Source of the DNA: Actinomycetota bacterium
Lineage (GTDB): Bacteria > Actinomycetota > UBA4738 > CALAEC01
NCBI GenBank assembly: GCA_050692985.1
Contig: JBOGVZ010000049.1
Span: forward strand, 80,410-144,409
Direction: 5' to 3'
DNA length: 64,000 nt
Positions within the stretch are counted from its first letter, which is position 1, and each line of letters opens with the position of its first letter. The position numbers and the translations under genes are program-made. The notes under the pieces are model-generated. The model worked only from the letters and a program-made list of their open reading frames with translations, was not told the DNA's origin and made no database searches. Of this stretch, positions 42,430-52,575 are shown piece by piece.

Positions 42430-44088
42430 CTACGCGACCACCTTGAAGTAGGCCCACGGTGACCCGTCCTTCGCATGGTCCTCACCGTGGGAGAACCAGC
42501 CTCTGATGCGGAAGCTATAACCGCCAGCTGGATCGACGAGCTCGATGAATACCGAGCTCTTCTTCCCGAGCGTAGCCTTCAGCTTCCCGAGAGACTTCCA
42601 CTTGCCCGCGAAGCGCACCTCGAGTACCACGACGAGCTTGTTGCCCGCATGATTCGGGACGACCTTACCCTTATAGATCGGATCATCGCCTTCATCGTAC
42701 AGGTGGTATTTCGCTTGCTTTCCGTAGGCGCCGAGCAGCTTTCCCGTGGTAATTACCTTCACCCTCACGGTCCGCGAATTGCTCTCGGCGGGACGCCAAT
42801 CAGCCTCACCTGCCCACGTCGCTGTGTACTTGGTGTTCTTCGAGGGTGAAACCTTCACGGTGAGGTCACCGTCACCGTCAACGAGGCCCGAGGTGAGCAG
42901 GGTCTTCGTGCCATTGATCGGTTCCTTATAGATGGAGACCTTCTTGTTCGAGCTCTGGGCGAACGCATCGAGGTGTGCGGTCAGCTTGGCGGACTTCCCG
43001 AAGCCGATCGTGCCTTTCGACGTCGCGAGGGTCAGGGCGGTGATCTTGATCGCCGGTCCGTACAGCGAGTGGAAGTACGCATCTCCACCGTAGATGCTGG
43101 TCCCGGTCACGGCGAAGATTCGGGCTTCGTCCTCCGTGATCCCGACGCCCCTGGGGTAGAGGTAGGGCCCGGGAGTGCCATCGAAGTCCACCGATTCCGA
43201 TGGTGTGGGATCGCCGGCCGGAAACACATGCACGTCGGGCTCATAGATCCCATGAACCCCCCCCACCACGTGACTCGGCCCGACGGCGAGCGCATCCGGG
43301 TAGGGCGGCAGCGGATACGTGAACCCGGTGGGTTTGAGGTCGGACGCAGACAGCTGTCGGATCTCGTAGGGGGCGCTTGCCGTCACCAGGAGGCCCTGAC
43401 CGTCCGGCATCACGGCTACGTCCTGGATGTTGGTCATGTCGGAGGCCCAATTCTTGGCGACGAGCGCGGGCGGGTCGACGCTGATGTCGTAGCGGGAAAT
43501 GGAGCTGCCCGCCATGAACAGCGCGTCAGGGATGACCGGGCTCGAGGCGAACAGGCCGCATCCGAAGTCCCCTGTGTGCATCGTGACCACCTCGGTGGAG
43601 AGATCGACGGACGCCACTTGGGAACCGAAGGACCCACATGAATGCGCGAACCATAGGCGGCCGCCCCCGACCCCAAGCGTTCCCCAAGCCGTGACATCGA
43701 GTTCGATCGAACCGGTCTTCTCCAGCGTCACGGCGTCCACCTTGTAGATCTGATCGCGACCTTCGGCCACCGCATACAGCGTCTGGTCGATCAGGACCAT
43801 CCCCGCAGCACGGGGCACGTCCCCGACGGTGGCGGCGAGGGTCGCGTCGAAGTCCATGACGAGGATCTCCGAGGACCCAAGGCCGCCCGAGACGAACACG
43901 TGCCCGCCTTCCTCGTCGATCACGAGGTCGTAGAAATTCGCAAGGGGCAACTTCACGCCCACATCAGCGGATGCCTGAGCGGATGGCGTGACCTGTCCGA
44001 CCAGCGCTGTCAGTGTGGCGATCAACGCGACGGTGCCGATTGAGGCGCGAAGCGCCGAGGCTCCGGAATTGCTGGCCCGCAACATCAC
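42430..44088 (-). CDS. Secreted beta-propeller-like protein with Lys-rich C-terminal module, in a low-GC insert
   Basis: Signal MMLRASNSGASALRASIGTVALIATLTALVGQVTPSAQASA. YVTN/YncE-like repeats (HVFVSGG, LYAVAEGRDQIYKVD). Lys-rich C-terminus (KWKSLGKLKATLGKK...GYSFRIRGWFSHGEDHAKDGSPWAYFKVV). Codon usage is visibly more AT-rich than the flanking prmC/prfA. Confidence 0.6.
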   Translation of the reverse strand: MMLRASNSGASALRASIGTVALIATLTALVGQVTPSAQASADVGVKLPLANFYDLVIDEEGGHVFVSGGLGSSEILVMDFDATLAATVGDVPRAAGMVLIDQTLYAVAEGRDQIYKVDAVTLEKTGSIELDVTAWGTLGVGGGRLWFAHSCGSFGSQVASVDLSTEVVTMHTGDFGCGLFASSPVIPDALFMAGSSISRYDISVDPPALVAKNWASDMTNIQDVAVMPDGQGLLVTASAPYEIRQLSASDLKPTGFTYPLPPYPDALAVGPSHVVGGVHGIYEPDVHVFPAGDPTPSESVDFDGTPGPYLYPRGVGITEDEARIFAVTGTSIYGGDAYFHSLYGPAIKITALTLATSKGTIGFGKSAKLTAHLDAFAQSSNKKVSIYKEPINGTKTLLTSGLVDGDGDLTVKVSPSKNTKYTATWAGEADWRPAESNSRTVRVKVITTGKLLGAYGKQAKYHLYDEGDDPIYKGKVVPNHAGNKLVVVLEVRFAGKWKSLGKLKATLGKKSSVFIELVDPAGGYSFRIRGWFSHGEDHAKDGSPWAYFKVVA

Positions 44089-44147
44089 CGGATTGTCTGG
44101 GGCGGGAGAGATGCGGTCAATACAGGGAAGTGCGTATCTGAGAACGA

Positions 44148-45218
44148 TCAGGTAGAGGTAGCGCCGAGCTGGGCGGCGCGCTCGCGGGCGGTGAGGGCGT
44201 CGACGAACTCGTCCAGCTCCCCCTCCAGGATCTGGGTCAGGCGGTGGGAGGTGATCGGGATCCGGTGGTCGGTCACCCGGCTCTGGGGGAAGTTGTAGGT
44301 GCGGATCTTCTCGGCGCGGTCGCCGGTGCCCACCTGGGCCCGGCGGGCCTGGGCCTCCTCGCGCTGCTGGCGATCCTGCTCCAGCTTGAGCAGCCGGGCC
44401 CGCAGGTAGCGAAGCGCCTTCTCCTTGTTCTGCCGCTGGGACCGCTCCTCCTGGACGGCGATCACGATGCCGGTCGGCTTGTGGGTGAGCCGCACCGCGG
44501 AGTCGGTGGTGTTCACCGACTGGCCGCCGGGGCCGGAGGACCGGTACACGTCCGTCTCGATGTCCTCCTCCCGGACCTCGACCTCCACCTCATCGGCCTC
44601 GGGCAACACCGCCACGGTGGCCGTCGAGGTGTGGATGCGCCCGCCGGACTCGGTCTCGGGGATCCGCTGGACCCGGTGGACCCCGGACTCGTGCTTCAGC
44701 CTCGAGTAGGCCCGATCCCCGCGAACCTCCAGGACGATGTCCTTGAAGCCTCCCAGGTCCGACGGGCTCGAGGACAGGACCTCGGTCTTCCACCGGTGCC
44801 GCTCGGCGTACCGCCGGTACATCTCGAACAGGTCCGAGGCGAACAGCGCCGCCTCCTGCCCCCCGGCTCCGGCCCGGATCTCCAGCACGACGTTCTTGTC
44901 GTCGTAGGGATCCCTGGGCAGCAGCAGCACCTCCAGCCTGGCCTCCAGGTCCCGGGCTTCCGCGGCGGCCCGGTCGGCCTCCTGCCGGAAGTACGCCTGG
45001 GACTCGGGGTCCTTCTCCTCGTGCGCCAGCGCGCGCGCCTCCTCCGCGTCGGCAGTGGCCTTCTTGAGCTGCCGGTAAGCGGTGACGACCTCCTCGAGCT
45101 CCCGGTGGCGCTTGCCCAGGTCCCGGAGGCGGGCAGGGTCGGCCGCGACCTCGGGGCTCGACAGCTCCCGGGTCAGCTCCTCGAAGGACGCTTCGATCTC
45201 GTCCAGGCGCTCGCGCAT
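44148..45218 (-). CDS. prfA: Peptide chain release factor 1
   Basis: GGQ motif ([17 protein letters not shown]) and a PxT-type region, which assigns RF1. Confidence 0.95.
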   Translation of the reverse strand: MRERLDEIEASFEELTRELSSPEVAADPARLRDLGKRHRELEEVVTAYRQLKKATADAEEARALAHEEKDPESQAYFRQEADRAAAEARDLEARLEVLLLPRDPYDDKNVVLEIRAGAGGQEAALFASDLFEMYRRYAERHRWKTEVLSSSPSDLGGFKDIVLEVRGDRAYSRLKHESGVHRVQRIPETESGGRIHTSTATVAVLPEADEVEVEVREEDIETDVYRSSGPGGQSVNTTDSAVRLTHKPTGIVIAVQEERSQRQNKEKALRYLRARLLKLEQDRQQREEAQARRAQVGTGDRAEKIRTYNFPQSRVTDHRIPITSHRLTQILEGELDEFVDALTARERAAQLGATST

Positions 45219-45269
45219 GACGGCTCCATTATCCGCGCTGCGGGGAGCCTCGCCCCGGCCTCCGGCGCC

Positions 45270-46187
45270 CTACTCGGGGAGTGGCGGGGCGGGGGACTCG
45301 GCGGGGGCACCGGCGGCGGCCTCGCCCTCCATGGCGCGCACCTGCTCGAAGGCGGCGATGGCCACCTCGATCTGCTCCCGAGCGGGAGGCTTCGTGGTGA
45401 CCTTCTGGAGCCACAGTCCCGGGGCCATCAGGGCCCGCATGACCCGGGAGCCCGAGTGCCGGGCCCCCAGCCGCAGCAGCTCGAAGGCCAGCCCGGCGAT
45501 CAGCGGGATGGCGATGAGCCGCGAGCCGATCCGCCACGGCAGGGAGGGGTTGCCGAACAGGGCGAACACGAAGATCGTCAGGATCATCACGATCAGCAGG
45601 AAGTTCGTGCCGCACCGCACGTGGAGCGTGGAGTAGCGGTCCACGCTCTCCGGCTCCAGCGGGGCCCGGCGCTCGTACGCGGCGATCGTCTTGTGCTCGG
45701 CGCCGTGGTACTCGAACACCCGGCGGATCTCCTTCATCCGCCCGATCAACAGCAGGTACCCCAGGAACAGCGCCACCCGGAAGATCCCCTCGGCCACGTT
45801 GAGCAGGAGCCCCGAGCCCACCCGGTCCCGGGCCAGGCTCGACACGAAGGCGGGGAACACCACGAACAGGCCGACGAACAGGGCCAGGGCCACGGTCATC
45901 GACAGGGCCATCTGGCGGGGGGTGAGCTTCTCCTCCTCCTGGGCCGACTGGTTGGCCGAGATCGTGAGGGCCTTCACCCCGATGGCCAGGGCCTGCCCCA
46001 GGGCGATCACCCCGCGGAGGGGGGGCATCCGAAGGATGCGGTACCGCTTGGCGATCGAGTCGATCTCCCGCCCCTCGAGGTGGATCTCGCCGTCCGGCTT
46101 CCGGACCGCGATCGCCCAGTCGTCGCGGCCCCGCATCATCACGCCCTCGAGGACCGCCTGCCCCCCGTAGTAGTGCTCCTCGGCCAC
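45270..46187 (-). CDS. DUF1385-family membrane protein (YqhQ-like)
   Basis: GTG start. HYYGGQAVLEGVMMRG and HGAEHKTIAAYE motifs. This gene is a common prfA neighbour. Confidence 0.7.
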   Translation of the reverse strand: MAEEHYYGGQAVLEGVMMRGRDDWAIAVRKPDGEIHLEGREIDSIAKRYRILRMPPLRGVIALGQALAIGVKALTISANQSAQEEEKLTPRQMALSMTVALALFVGLFVVFPAFVSSLARDRVGSGLLLNVAEGIFRVALFLGYLLLIGRMKEIRRVFEYHGAEHKTIAAYERRAPLEPESVDRYSTLHVRCGTNFLLIVMILTIFVFALFGNPSLPWRIGSRLIAIPLIAGLAFELLRLGARHSGSRVMRALMAPGLWLQKVTTKPPAREQIEVAIAAFEQVRAMEGEAAAGAPAESPAPPLPE

Positions 46188-46228
46188 GAAGCCATTGTAG
46201 GGGCGGGCCGAGGAGGGCGGCCGCCCCC

Positions 46229-46735
46229 CTACCGGGCCGTCACCTCGATCGCCTCCGCGATCTCCGGGTCGAACGAGATGTGCCGGTTGTCGACGTACTC
46301 CACCCGCAGGGTGTGCCGCCCGGGCTCCAGCTCGACCTGGGCGATGCTCGAGTACGGCATCTGCTGGAGCTGCCCGTCCACGTACAGGTGCAGGTGGCCC
46401 CCCTGCTCGTCGGTGGGAGAGGTGGCGATCTCCGCACCCACCACCGCAACCTCGATCTCTACGGGCTCGCCGGCGGCGACCCGCTCCCCGGGCGCCGGCC
46501 GGAGGATCGCTACCGTGGCGTCGGGGGCCGGGGAGCCGAACGGCGAGAGCACCGCGCCGAGGACCACGAGCACCAGGCCGACGCCCAGGACCCACCGGCC
46601 CACCGACAGGCCGCCCTTCCAGGCGGCCGACAGGGCGACGGCCACCAGGACGAGCGCGCCGCCGGCGATCATCACCGGGACGTTCCCGCCCTCCGGCCCG
46701 GCGATGTGGGCGATCAGGGGAACCATCTCCTTCAT
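46229..46735 (-). CDS. Small membrane-anchored protein with periplasmic His-containing domain (possible Cu-associated accessory protein)
   Basis: MKEMVPLIAHIAG..., two TM segments, then a beta-rich domain with GGHLHLYVDGQ. It sits directly downstream of copCD-2. Function is unknown. Confidence 0.45.
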   Translation of the reverse strand: MKEMVPLIAHIAGPEGGNVPVMIAGGALVLVAVALSAAWKGGLSVGRWVLGVGLVLVVLGAVLSPFGSPAPDATVAILRPAPGERVAAGEPVEIEVAVVGAEIATSPTDEQGGHLHLYVDGQLQQMPYSSIAQVELEPGRHTLRVEYVDNRHISFDPEIAEAIEVTAR

Positions 46736-46799
46736 TCTGATCGTATCTTCCCTTCCGGCGAGTGCCGGGCCGACGTCATCCCGGCCAACGTCGCGGCGT

Positions 46800-48752
46800 T
46801 CACCCTTCGATCTCCTCCCTGAAGTACGCGTCGACCGGGGTTCCCTCCGGCGTCGAGCCCTCCACCCGGAACGTCCACCGGCCCGCCCCGAGGTCCTCCT
46901 GGGCCACGAAGTGCCCCGGGGAGAGCACAACCGGGTCCAGCAGGAGCGGTGCCCCGGTTTCGGGAGCGGCCTCGAAACGGGCGACCTCTACCGGCTGCTC
47001 GGCCCCTTCTGGGGTGAGGAAGGTGAGGTGGACCTCGTTGGGGCCTTCCTTCCCCGGATCGACGAATCCCTGGATCGAGATCCCGTTCGGCAGCGCGATC
47101 GTGTAGATGGTGGGCTGGCCCTCCGCCTCGGAGACCGTGATGTCCTGGGGTGGGAGGCGGGTGCGGAGCCCGAGGTCGATCGTCCGGGAGTCCCCGCCCA
47201 GGAGGACCAACGCGTCGACCTCCCAGGAGCCGTCGACCGAGAGGTTGGGCCCCTCGGCTCGCCACGCTGCCTGCCCGACGCTCTCCAGGTCCAGCTCCGA
47301 GGGCGCGATGTCCGGCCGAGAGGGGAGGGAGAACGACAGACGAACGCCAGTCGCGTCCACGGGCTCTCCCTCGCCGTCCGTGACCCTCACGTCGAATCGA
47401 TTGACCCCCGCCGTGCCGGGGGTGGCGGTCAGCCGGACATGGAGCAATCCCGCGGGATCCGACCCCTCGGCCACCACGCGGGCGGGAGCAACCGGAGGGG
47501 GGGCCTGGGCCGGCGGGGGGAGACCGGCCATCAGGCCGGTGAGCCCGAAGACTCCCGCCCCGATGGCCAGCTCGGCGCCCACCGTGCGGCGGAGGGTCCC
47601 GAACAGCCGGCCGCGCGAGGAGATGCGGGGGACGATCCGGTACCGGTTGTAGGCGCCCAGGGCCAGCAGACCCAGGAACAGGGCGCTCTTGCCCACCACG
47701 GTCAGGCCGAAGCCCGTGTCGATCAGGCGATCCGGCTCCAGGCCCACCTGGTTCAGCGCGCGGAGGACCCCCGTCACGGCCACCACGGGGAGGGCCACCG
47801 TGGCCAGCGCGGAGAACCGGCGGACGGCACCGGAGCGTTCCTCGTCCGGCTCCCCCCTGATCCCCACCAGGAGCCACAGCAGCCCTCCCACCCAGGCCGC
47901 CACGCTGAGGATGTGGACCCACTGCACCCCGACGTGCAGGGGCGCGTTCTCCACGGCGCTGGCATGGCCGGCGAAGGCGTGGACCAGCATGGCGAGGGCG
48001 GCCGCCGCGGCGAGGATCGCGGCGATCCACCGGCGGGGCCGGAGCGCCGAGGCCGCGGTCGCCGGCAGGGCCAGCAGGACGACGGCGCCGCGCGCCACGA
48101 GGAGCCGGCCCCGCTCGGATCCCAGCAGCTCGGCCGCGGGGACGTCCACGGCGGCACGCTCGGCCAGGAACATGCCGAGGACGCCGAGGGCGGCCGCGGC
48201 CCAGGCGAGCCACAGCAACCCCGGCACCGGACTCCGTGCCCGGAAGACAAGGAGGCGCCCCAGGGCCCCGCCGAACAGCAACGCGAGCCCCCAGTAGAAG
48301 GCCCACCGGGATCCGACGGCCAGGGGGGTGGGACGCTCCTGGGTCGGGTAGGACCCCTTGGGCTCGGCGACAGGCTCCACCGCCTGGCCCACCCCGAAGG
48401 CGAACGACCCCGTGGTGACGTGACCGTCGGCCGTGGAGAGGACCCGCCAGCTCACCGTGTACGTGCCCCGGGACAACTCCGGCAGCGACACCCTGAGCCC
48501 GCGTGGCTGGCCGGCGACGCCCTCGAGGGGGCCGACCTCCACGGGGGCTCCGGTGGAGTCGAACACCCGGATCTGCGACAGCCCGTGATCGGGCGGCTCG
48601 GTGAACGTGATCACGATCTCCGGCGGGGCGGTGTCGAGCACATCGCCGTTGGCCGGGGAGGAGCTCTGCAGGAGCGCGTGGGCGTGGGCGGCCGGGCCGG
48701 TCATCACCAGCCCGGCCGCCGCCAGCCCGAGAACGACGAGCGCCCGCCGCAC
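46800..48752 (-). CDS. copCD: Fused CopC-CopD protein, second copy
   Basis: MRRALVVLGLAAAGLVMTGPAAHA-HALLQSSSPANGDVL. CopC domain (YTVSWRVLSTADGHVTTGSFAFGV), then CopD TM helices, then a C-terminal soluble domain. Same architecture as 15403-17352. Confidence 0.8.
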   Translation of the reverse strand: MRRALVVLGLAAAGLVMTGPAAHAHALLQSSSPANGDVLDTAPPEIVITFTEPPDHGLSQIRVFDSTGAPVEVGPLEGVAGQPRGLRVSLPELSRGTYTVSWRVLSTADGHVTTGSFAFGVGQAVEPVAEPKGSYPTQERPTPLAVGSRWAFYWGLALLFGGALGRLLVFRARSPVPGLLWLAWAAAALGVLGMFLAERAAVDVPAAELLGSERGRLLVARGAVVLLALPATAASALRPRRWIAAILAAAAALAMLVHAFAGHASAVENAPLHVGVQWVHILSVAAWVGGLLWLLVGIRGEPDEERSGAVRRFSALATVALPVVAVTGVLRALNQVGLEPDRLIDTGFGLTVVGKSALFLGLLALGAYNRYRIVPRISSRGRLFGTLRRTVGAELAIGAGVFGLTGLMAGLPPPAQAPPPVAPARVVAEGSDPAGLLHVRLTATPGTAGVNRFDVRVTDGEGEPVDATGVRLSFSLPSRPDIAPSELDLESVGQAAWRAEGPNLSVDGSWEVDALVLLGGDSRTIDLGLRTRLPPQDITVSEAEGQPTIYTIALPNGISIQGFVDPGKEGPNEVHLTFLTPEGAEQPVEVARFEAAPETGAPLLLDPVVLSPGHFVAQEDLGAGRWTFRVEGSTPEGTPVDAYFREEIEG

Positions 48753-48755
48753 CGC

Positions 48756-49378
48756 TCAGGCCGCTCGCTTCCTCCACAGGGCCATGACCGCCACCACCAG
48801 GGCCAGGACCCCCGCCGCGATCCCCACGTAGGCCAGTGTTTGCGCCGACGAGGCCTCGTCGGACGCCCCCGCCTCCGCGCTCACCTGCTCGATGAGGTCG
48901 CCCAGCTCGGCGTTCGACGGGTCATCCACGGGGAACGCTACCTCGCCCGGATCTTCGATGTCGCTGAAGGTCTCGGGCCCGGAGGTGAACATCTCGTCCA
49001 CCTCCTGGTCCTCTACGGTCCCGAAGATGCGGAAGGTCCACGTCCCAGCGCGGGTCGGATAGATGTCCGTGTTGTAGTTCCCCGGCTCGCCGAAGACGCC
49101 CACCACGAACGCCGGCTCGAGGACAGCCGTCATTGTCTCGCCCTCGAAGCGATCTCCACCTGAAGCTCGACGCCCTCGACGACGGGGTCGCCCCGCGAGT
49201 CGGTGATGGTCACCTCCGGGCCGTTCTTCGCGTTGGCGAAGGCGGGCTCGTCGTACCACCCCACCACGAACTCGTAGTCTCCGACTTGGCGGCTCTCGTG
49301 CGCCGCGGCCGGAGCGGCCGGCATCGCCACCAGCGCGCCGGCGGCCAGCGCGATCACCGCGCGTGCAGCGTTACGCAT
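48756..49378 (-). pseudogene. ycnI: YcnI-like copper-binding protein gene disrupted by a frameshift
   Basis: The N-terminal piece (49130-49378: signal + AHESRQVGDYEFVVGWYDEPAFANA...VELQVEIASRARQ*) and the C-terminal piece in another frame (48756-49259: ...FEGETMTAVLEPAFVVGVFGEPGNYNTDIYPTRAGTWTFRIF...TM anchor) both align to the intact YcnI at 17369-18001. The frame switches near 49130-49160. Confidence 0.6.
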
Positions 49379-49451
49379 GTGTCCTCCCTTTTCGTAGGTT
49401 CGACCGACGCTCGCCGAGAGACCCGGGCGGCGCCGAGGTGCTACGGATCGG

Positions 49452-50042
49452 TCAGGAAGAGGGAGGCCCCCGAAGGGTGAGCCCGCCCAAGGCCACGTGC
49501 GCGTGCGACGGGGTGTAGACGACGGCGGAAGGGGGTCTCAGCGCGCGGGGCGCCCGGGCCCTTCGGGGCCGCATCGCGGATACCAGCGCTTCGACCATCC
49601 TCGTCACCAGGACGACCAGCGCTGCGATGGCCAGGGCAACCACGACCTGGAGGCCGACTCCGATCAGGAACGCCGGTTCGCGCACCAGGTCGAGCGGCCC
49701 GTGACCCGACAGGATCCGCTCGACGAACTCCAGGAGGCCGAAGCCGAGGACCTGCACCAGGATCAGGCGGGCCGCGGCGTGAGCGAGCACGCCTCCGAGT
49801 GACGGCGCTCCCCCGGATCGCCGCCACAGAGCCAGGTGGATGAACGTGGCGACCACTCCGGCAACGGCGATCGCCGGGAGCGCGGGCCACCAGGCGTGCC
49901 CGGTGCTGTGGAGCAGGGCCTCCCGTTCGGCCTCGTGAGGAACGGCGAGCCGGAAGGCCACGACGTGAGCCAGGGCGATCCCGGACCCGGCCATCGCTCC
50001 GAGGACCAGCCGCATGCGGAGGCTGACGCGTCCGCCCATCAT
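49452..50042 (-). CDS. His-containing polytopic membrane protein of unknown function
   Basis: 196 aa with 4-5 predicted TM helices and HVVAF...HEAEREALLHSTGH. It is located upstream of the ycnI-copCD-2 unit. Confidence 0.45.
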   Translation of the reverse strand: MMGGRVSLRMRLVLGAMAGSGIALAHVVAFRLAVPHEAEREALLHSTGHAWWPALPAIAVAGVVATFIHLALWRRSGGAPSLGGVLAHAAARLILVQVLGFGLLEFVERILSGHGPLDLVREPAFLIGVGLQVVVALAIAALVVLVTRMVEALVSAMRPRRARAPRALRPPSAVVYTPSHAHVALGGLTLRGPPSS

Positions 50043-50066
50043 GGCGAGTCTACCCGGAGGCCGGGG

Positions 50067-50573
50067 TTACCGGAGCAGCAGGAACACGAGGGCGCCGGCG
50101 ACCCCCAGGGCGATGAGCGCCGCCAGGACCACGGCTCGGGACCGCTGGGCCGCCGCCGGGTCCGCGGGGATGGGGCGCAGGGACTCCCTCGCCGTGAATG
50201 CCGGGCTGGGGTGGGCGTGCCACCACTCCCGCAGCGAGCGGCACCGGCCGTCTTCGGCGAACTCCAGCAGGAACACTCCGTCGAGGCGGGTGGGCTCGCC
50301 GTTCCGGATCTTCACGTAGGAGGCCCACCACCGGACGATGGCCCGTTCCCCATCCACCGACAGGGTCTCGAACCCGAACGCGATGTCCCGCTGCGTCTCG
50401 GGGATCTCCGACCAGTACCGGTAGATGGCCGCCCGCCCGGTCATGGGCTCGTCGAACGGCTTCTCCCGATACTCGGCATCCTCGGTGAACAGCTCGGCGG
50501 CCGCGCCCGGGTCGCGGGTCTCCCACGCGCGGCCGTACCGCTCCAGCCAGCCCTCGACCGCGGCGCGGTCCAC
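50067..50573 (-). CDS. SnoaL-like (NTF2-fold) protein with C-terminal TM anchor
   Basis: MDRAAVEGWLERYGRAWETRDPGAAAELFTEDAEYRE is typical of SnoaL/DUF4440 proteins. It has a C-terminal hydrophobic helix. Confidence 0.55.
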   Translation of the reverse strand: MDRAAVEGWLERYGRAWETRDPGAAAELFTEDAEYREKPFDEPMTGRAAIYRYWSEIPETQRDIAFGFETLSVDGERAIVRWWASYVKIRNGEPTRLDGVFLLEFAEDGRCRSLREWWHAHPSPAFTARESLRPIPADPAAAQRSRAVVLAALIALGVAGALVFLLLR

Positions 50574-50579
50574 CGGGTG

Positions 50580-50783
50580 CTAGGCCTTCTTGCCGTAGCG
50601 GCGCTGGAACCGCTCCACGCGGCCGCCGGTGTCCACGAACTTCTGCTTGCCCGTGTAGAACGGATGGCACACGTTGCAGATCTCGACGTGGATCTCGGGC
50701 TTGGTGGCCCGCGTCTCGAACGTGTTGCCGCACGAGCACCGCACCACCGCGGGGCCGTACTCGGGATGGATCCCCTGCTTCAT
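50580..50783 (-). CDS. rpmE: 50S ribosomal protein L31 (Zn-ribbon type A)
   Basis: [47 protein letters not shown]. Confidence 0.95.
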   Translation of the reverse strand: MKQGIHPEYGPAVVRCSCGNTFETRATKPEIHVEICNVCHPFYTGKQKFVDTGGRVERFQRRYGKKA

Positions 50784-50835
50784 CTCTCGCCTTTCAGCTC
50801 ACGCGCCTGGGGGCCTCCGGCCGCCGGACGCAGTG

Positions 50836-51063
50836 TCAAGAATACGAGAGGCCGTGGTCCTCCATCAGCCCCTCCACGTACCGGTGGAACGCCAGGTGGT
50901 CGCTCCGGTATTCCCGCTCCTCATCGTCCTTGCGGACGGTGACGACGTCGTACGGGCCGCCCGGCGTGTCCCGGTCCTCGGTGATCTTCACCGGCTCCCA
51001 ACCGTCGTCCTCGACGGCCTGGCGCAGCTCGACGAGCGTCGGATCGTCTCCCCACCCCGCCAT
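50836..51063 (-). CDS. Small acidic hypothetical protein
   Basis: 75-aa ORF (MAGWGDDPTLVELRQAVEDDGWEPVKITED...) between rho and rpmE. No recognisable motif. Confidence 0.35.
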   Translation of the reverse strand: MAGWGDDPTLVELRQAVEDDGWEPVKITEDRDTPGGPYDVVTVRKDDEEREYRSDHLAFHRYVEGLMEDHGLSYS

Positions 51064-51086
51064 CGGCTCTCCCCCCGAACCCCCGC

Positions 51087-52574
51087 TCAGTCCCGCATCG
51101 GGGCCTTGGCGATCTCCTTGAGGAACTGCTCGTTCGACTTCGTGGCCCGGATCTTGTCGATGAGCATCTCGATGGAGGCCCCGCTGTCGAGGGCGTGGAG
51201 CACCCGGCGGAGCCGCCACGTGAGAGCCAGCTCCTCGCTGGGCATGAGGCGCTCCTCCTTGCGGGTCCCCGAGGCCTCGATGTTGATGGCCGGGAAGATC
51301 CGCTTCTCGGAGAGCTGCCGGTCGAGCCGGAGCTCCATGTTCCCGGTGCCCTTGAACTCCTCGAAGATCACCTCGTCCATGCGCGACCCGGTCTCCACCA
51401 GGGCGCTGGCGATGATCGTCAGCGACCCGCCCTCCTCGATGTTTCGGGCCGCCCCGAAGAACCGCTTGGGCGGGTACAGCGCGGTGGAGTCCACGCCTCC
51501 CGACAGGATCTTCCCGGACGCGGGCGCTGCCAGGTTGTAGGCCCGGGCCAGCCGGGTGACCGAGTCGAGCAGGATGGCCACGTTCTGGCCGGACTCCACC
51601 AGCCGCTTGGCACGCTCCAGCACCAGCTCGGTGACCTGGATGTGCTGGTCGGCCGGCTTGTCGAACGTGGAGTACACGACCTCGGCGGCCTCCACGGTCC
51701 GCTGCCAGTCCGTGACCTCCTCGGGACGCTCGTCCACCAGCAGGACCATCACGTGGGTCTTCGAGTCGGCGGTGATGATCCCGTTGGCGATCTGCTTGAG
51801 GACCGTGGTCTTGCCGGCCTTGGGCGGCGAGACCACCATCCCTCGCTGCCCCTTCCCGATGGGGGCCACCAGGTCGATGATCCGCTCGGTCACCGCGGTC
51901 GGTCCGCTCTCCAGGCGGAACCGCTCCTCCGGGAACAGGGGGGTGAGCTTCTCGAACTGGGGGCGCTCGCGGGCCTCATCCGGGCTCATCCCGTTGACGG
52001 TGTCGATGCGCAGCAGCGCGAAGTACTTCTCGCTGTCCTTGGGGTGGCGCACCGCGCCGGTGACCTCGTCACCCTTGCGCAGCGCGAACCGGCGGATCTG
52101 CGACAGCGAGACGTAGACGTCCTGGGCGCTGGGCAGGTATCCGCCGGTGCGGAGGAAGCCGTACCCCTCCGGGAGGATGTCGAGGATGCCGGTGTGCACC
52201 GGCGCCTCGGCCAGCTCCTCCTCGGTGGCCTCGCGGGGTCCCCGCTCACGCCGGCGATCCCGTCCCCGGCGCCCGCGACCGTCCCGGCCGTCGGGCCGGC
52301 GGTCCCTGGGCGGGGCCTGCGTTCGGACCTGCCCGCCACCGCCCTCGGAGCCCTGGCGAGCCTCGCCGGAGCCCTGGGCGGCCCGGGAGGCCTCCCCGCC
52401 GTCTCCGGCGGACCGGCGGGCCTCCCCGTCGTCCGAGCGGGCCACGATGGCGTCGATGAGGTCACCCTTCTTCAGCCGCTGGTGCCCCTCGACGCCCAGC
52501 CCCGAGGCGATCTCCTGGAGCTCGGGCAGGACCTTCTGCTCGAGCTTGGATCGATCCACGGTTCGAGATTCCAC
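51087..52574 (-). CDS. rho: Transcription termination factor Rho (with Arg/Gly/Asp-rich N-terminal insertion)
   Basis: N-terminal Rho_N ([35 protein letters not shown]), RNA-binding CSD, and a RecA-type ATPase (PPKAGKTT). A ~80-aa RG/RD-rich insert separates the N-terminal domains. Confidence 0.95.
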   Translation of the reverse strand: MESRTVDRSKLEQKVLPELQEIASGLGVEGHQRLKKGDLIDAIVARSDDGEARRSAGDGGEASRAAQGSGEARQGSEGGGGQVRTQAPPRDRRPDGRDGRGRRGRDRRRERGPREATEEELAEAPVHTGILDILPEGYGFLRTGGYLPSAQDVYVSLSQIRRFALRKGDEVTGAVRHPKDSEKYFALLRIDTVNGMSPDEARERPQFEKLTPLFPEERFRLESGPTAVTERIIDLVAPIGKGQRGMVVSPPKAGKTTVLKQIANGIITADSKTHVMVLLVDERPEEVTDWQRTVEAAEVVYSTFDKPADQHIQVTELVLERAKRLVESGQNVAILLDSVTRLARAYNLAAPASGKILSGGVDSTALYPPKRFFGAARNIEEGGSLTIIASALVETGSRMDEVIFEEFKGTGNMELRLDRQLSEKRIFPAINIEASGTRKEERLMPSEELALTWRLRRVLHALDSGASIEMLIDKIRATKSNEQFLKEIAKAPMRD

Positions 52575-52575
52575 G

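Noticed and set aside
42355-42430. Possible tRNA: the minus-strand reading contains GGTTCGATTCC, a T-loop-like motif
   Set aside because: Flanking bases do not form a T-stem, acceptor stem or anticodon arm. It is most likely a chance match in the prmC / low-GC-gene intergenic region.
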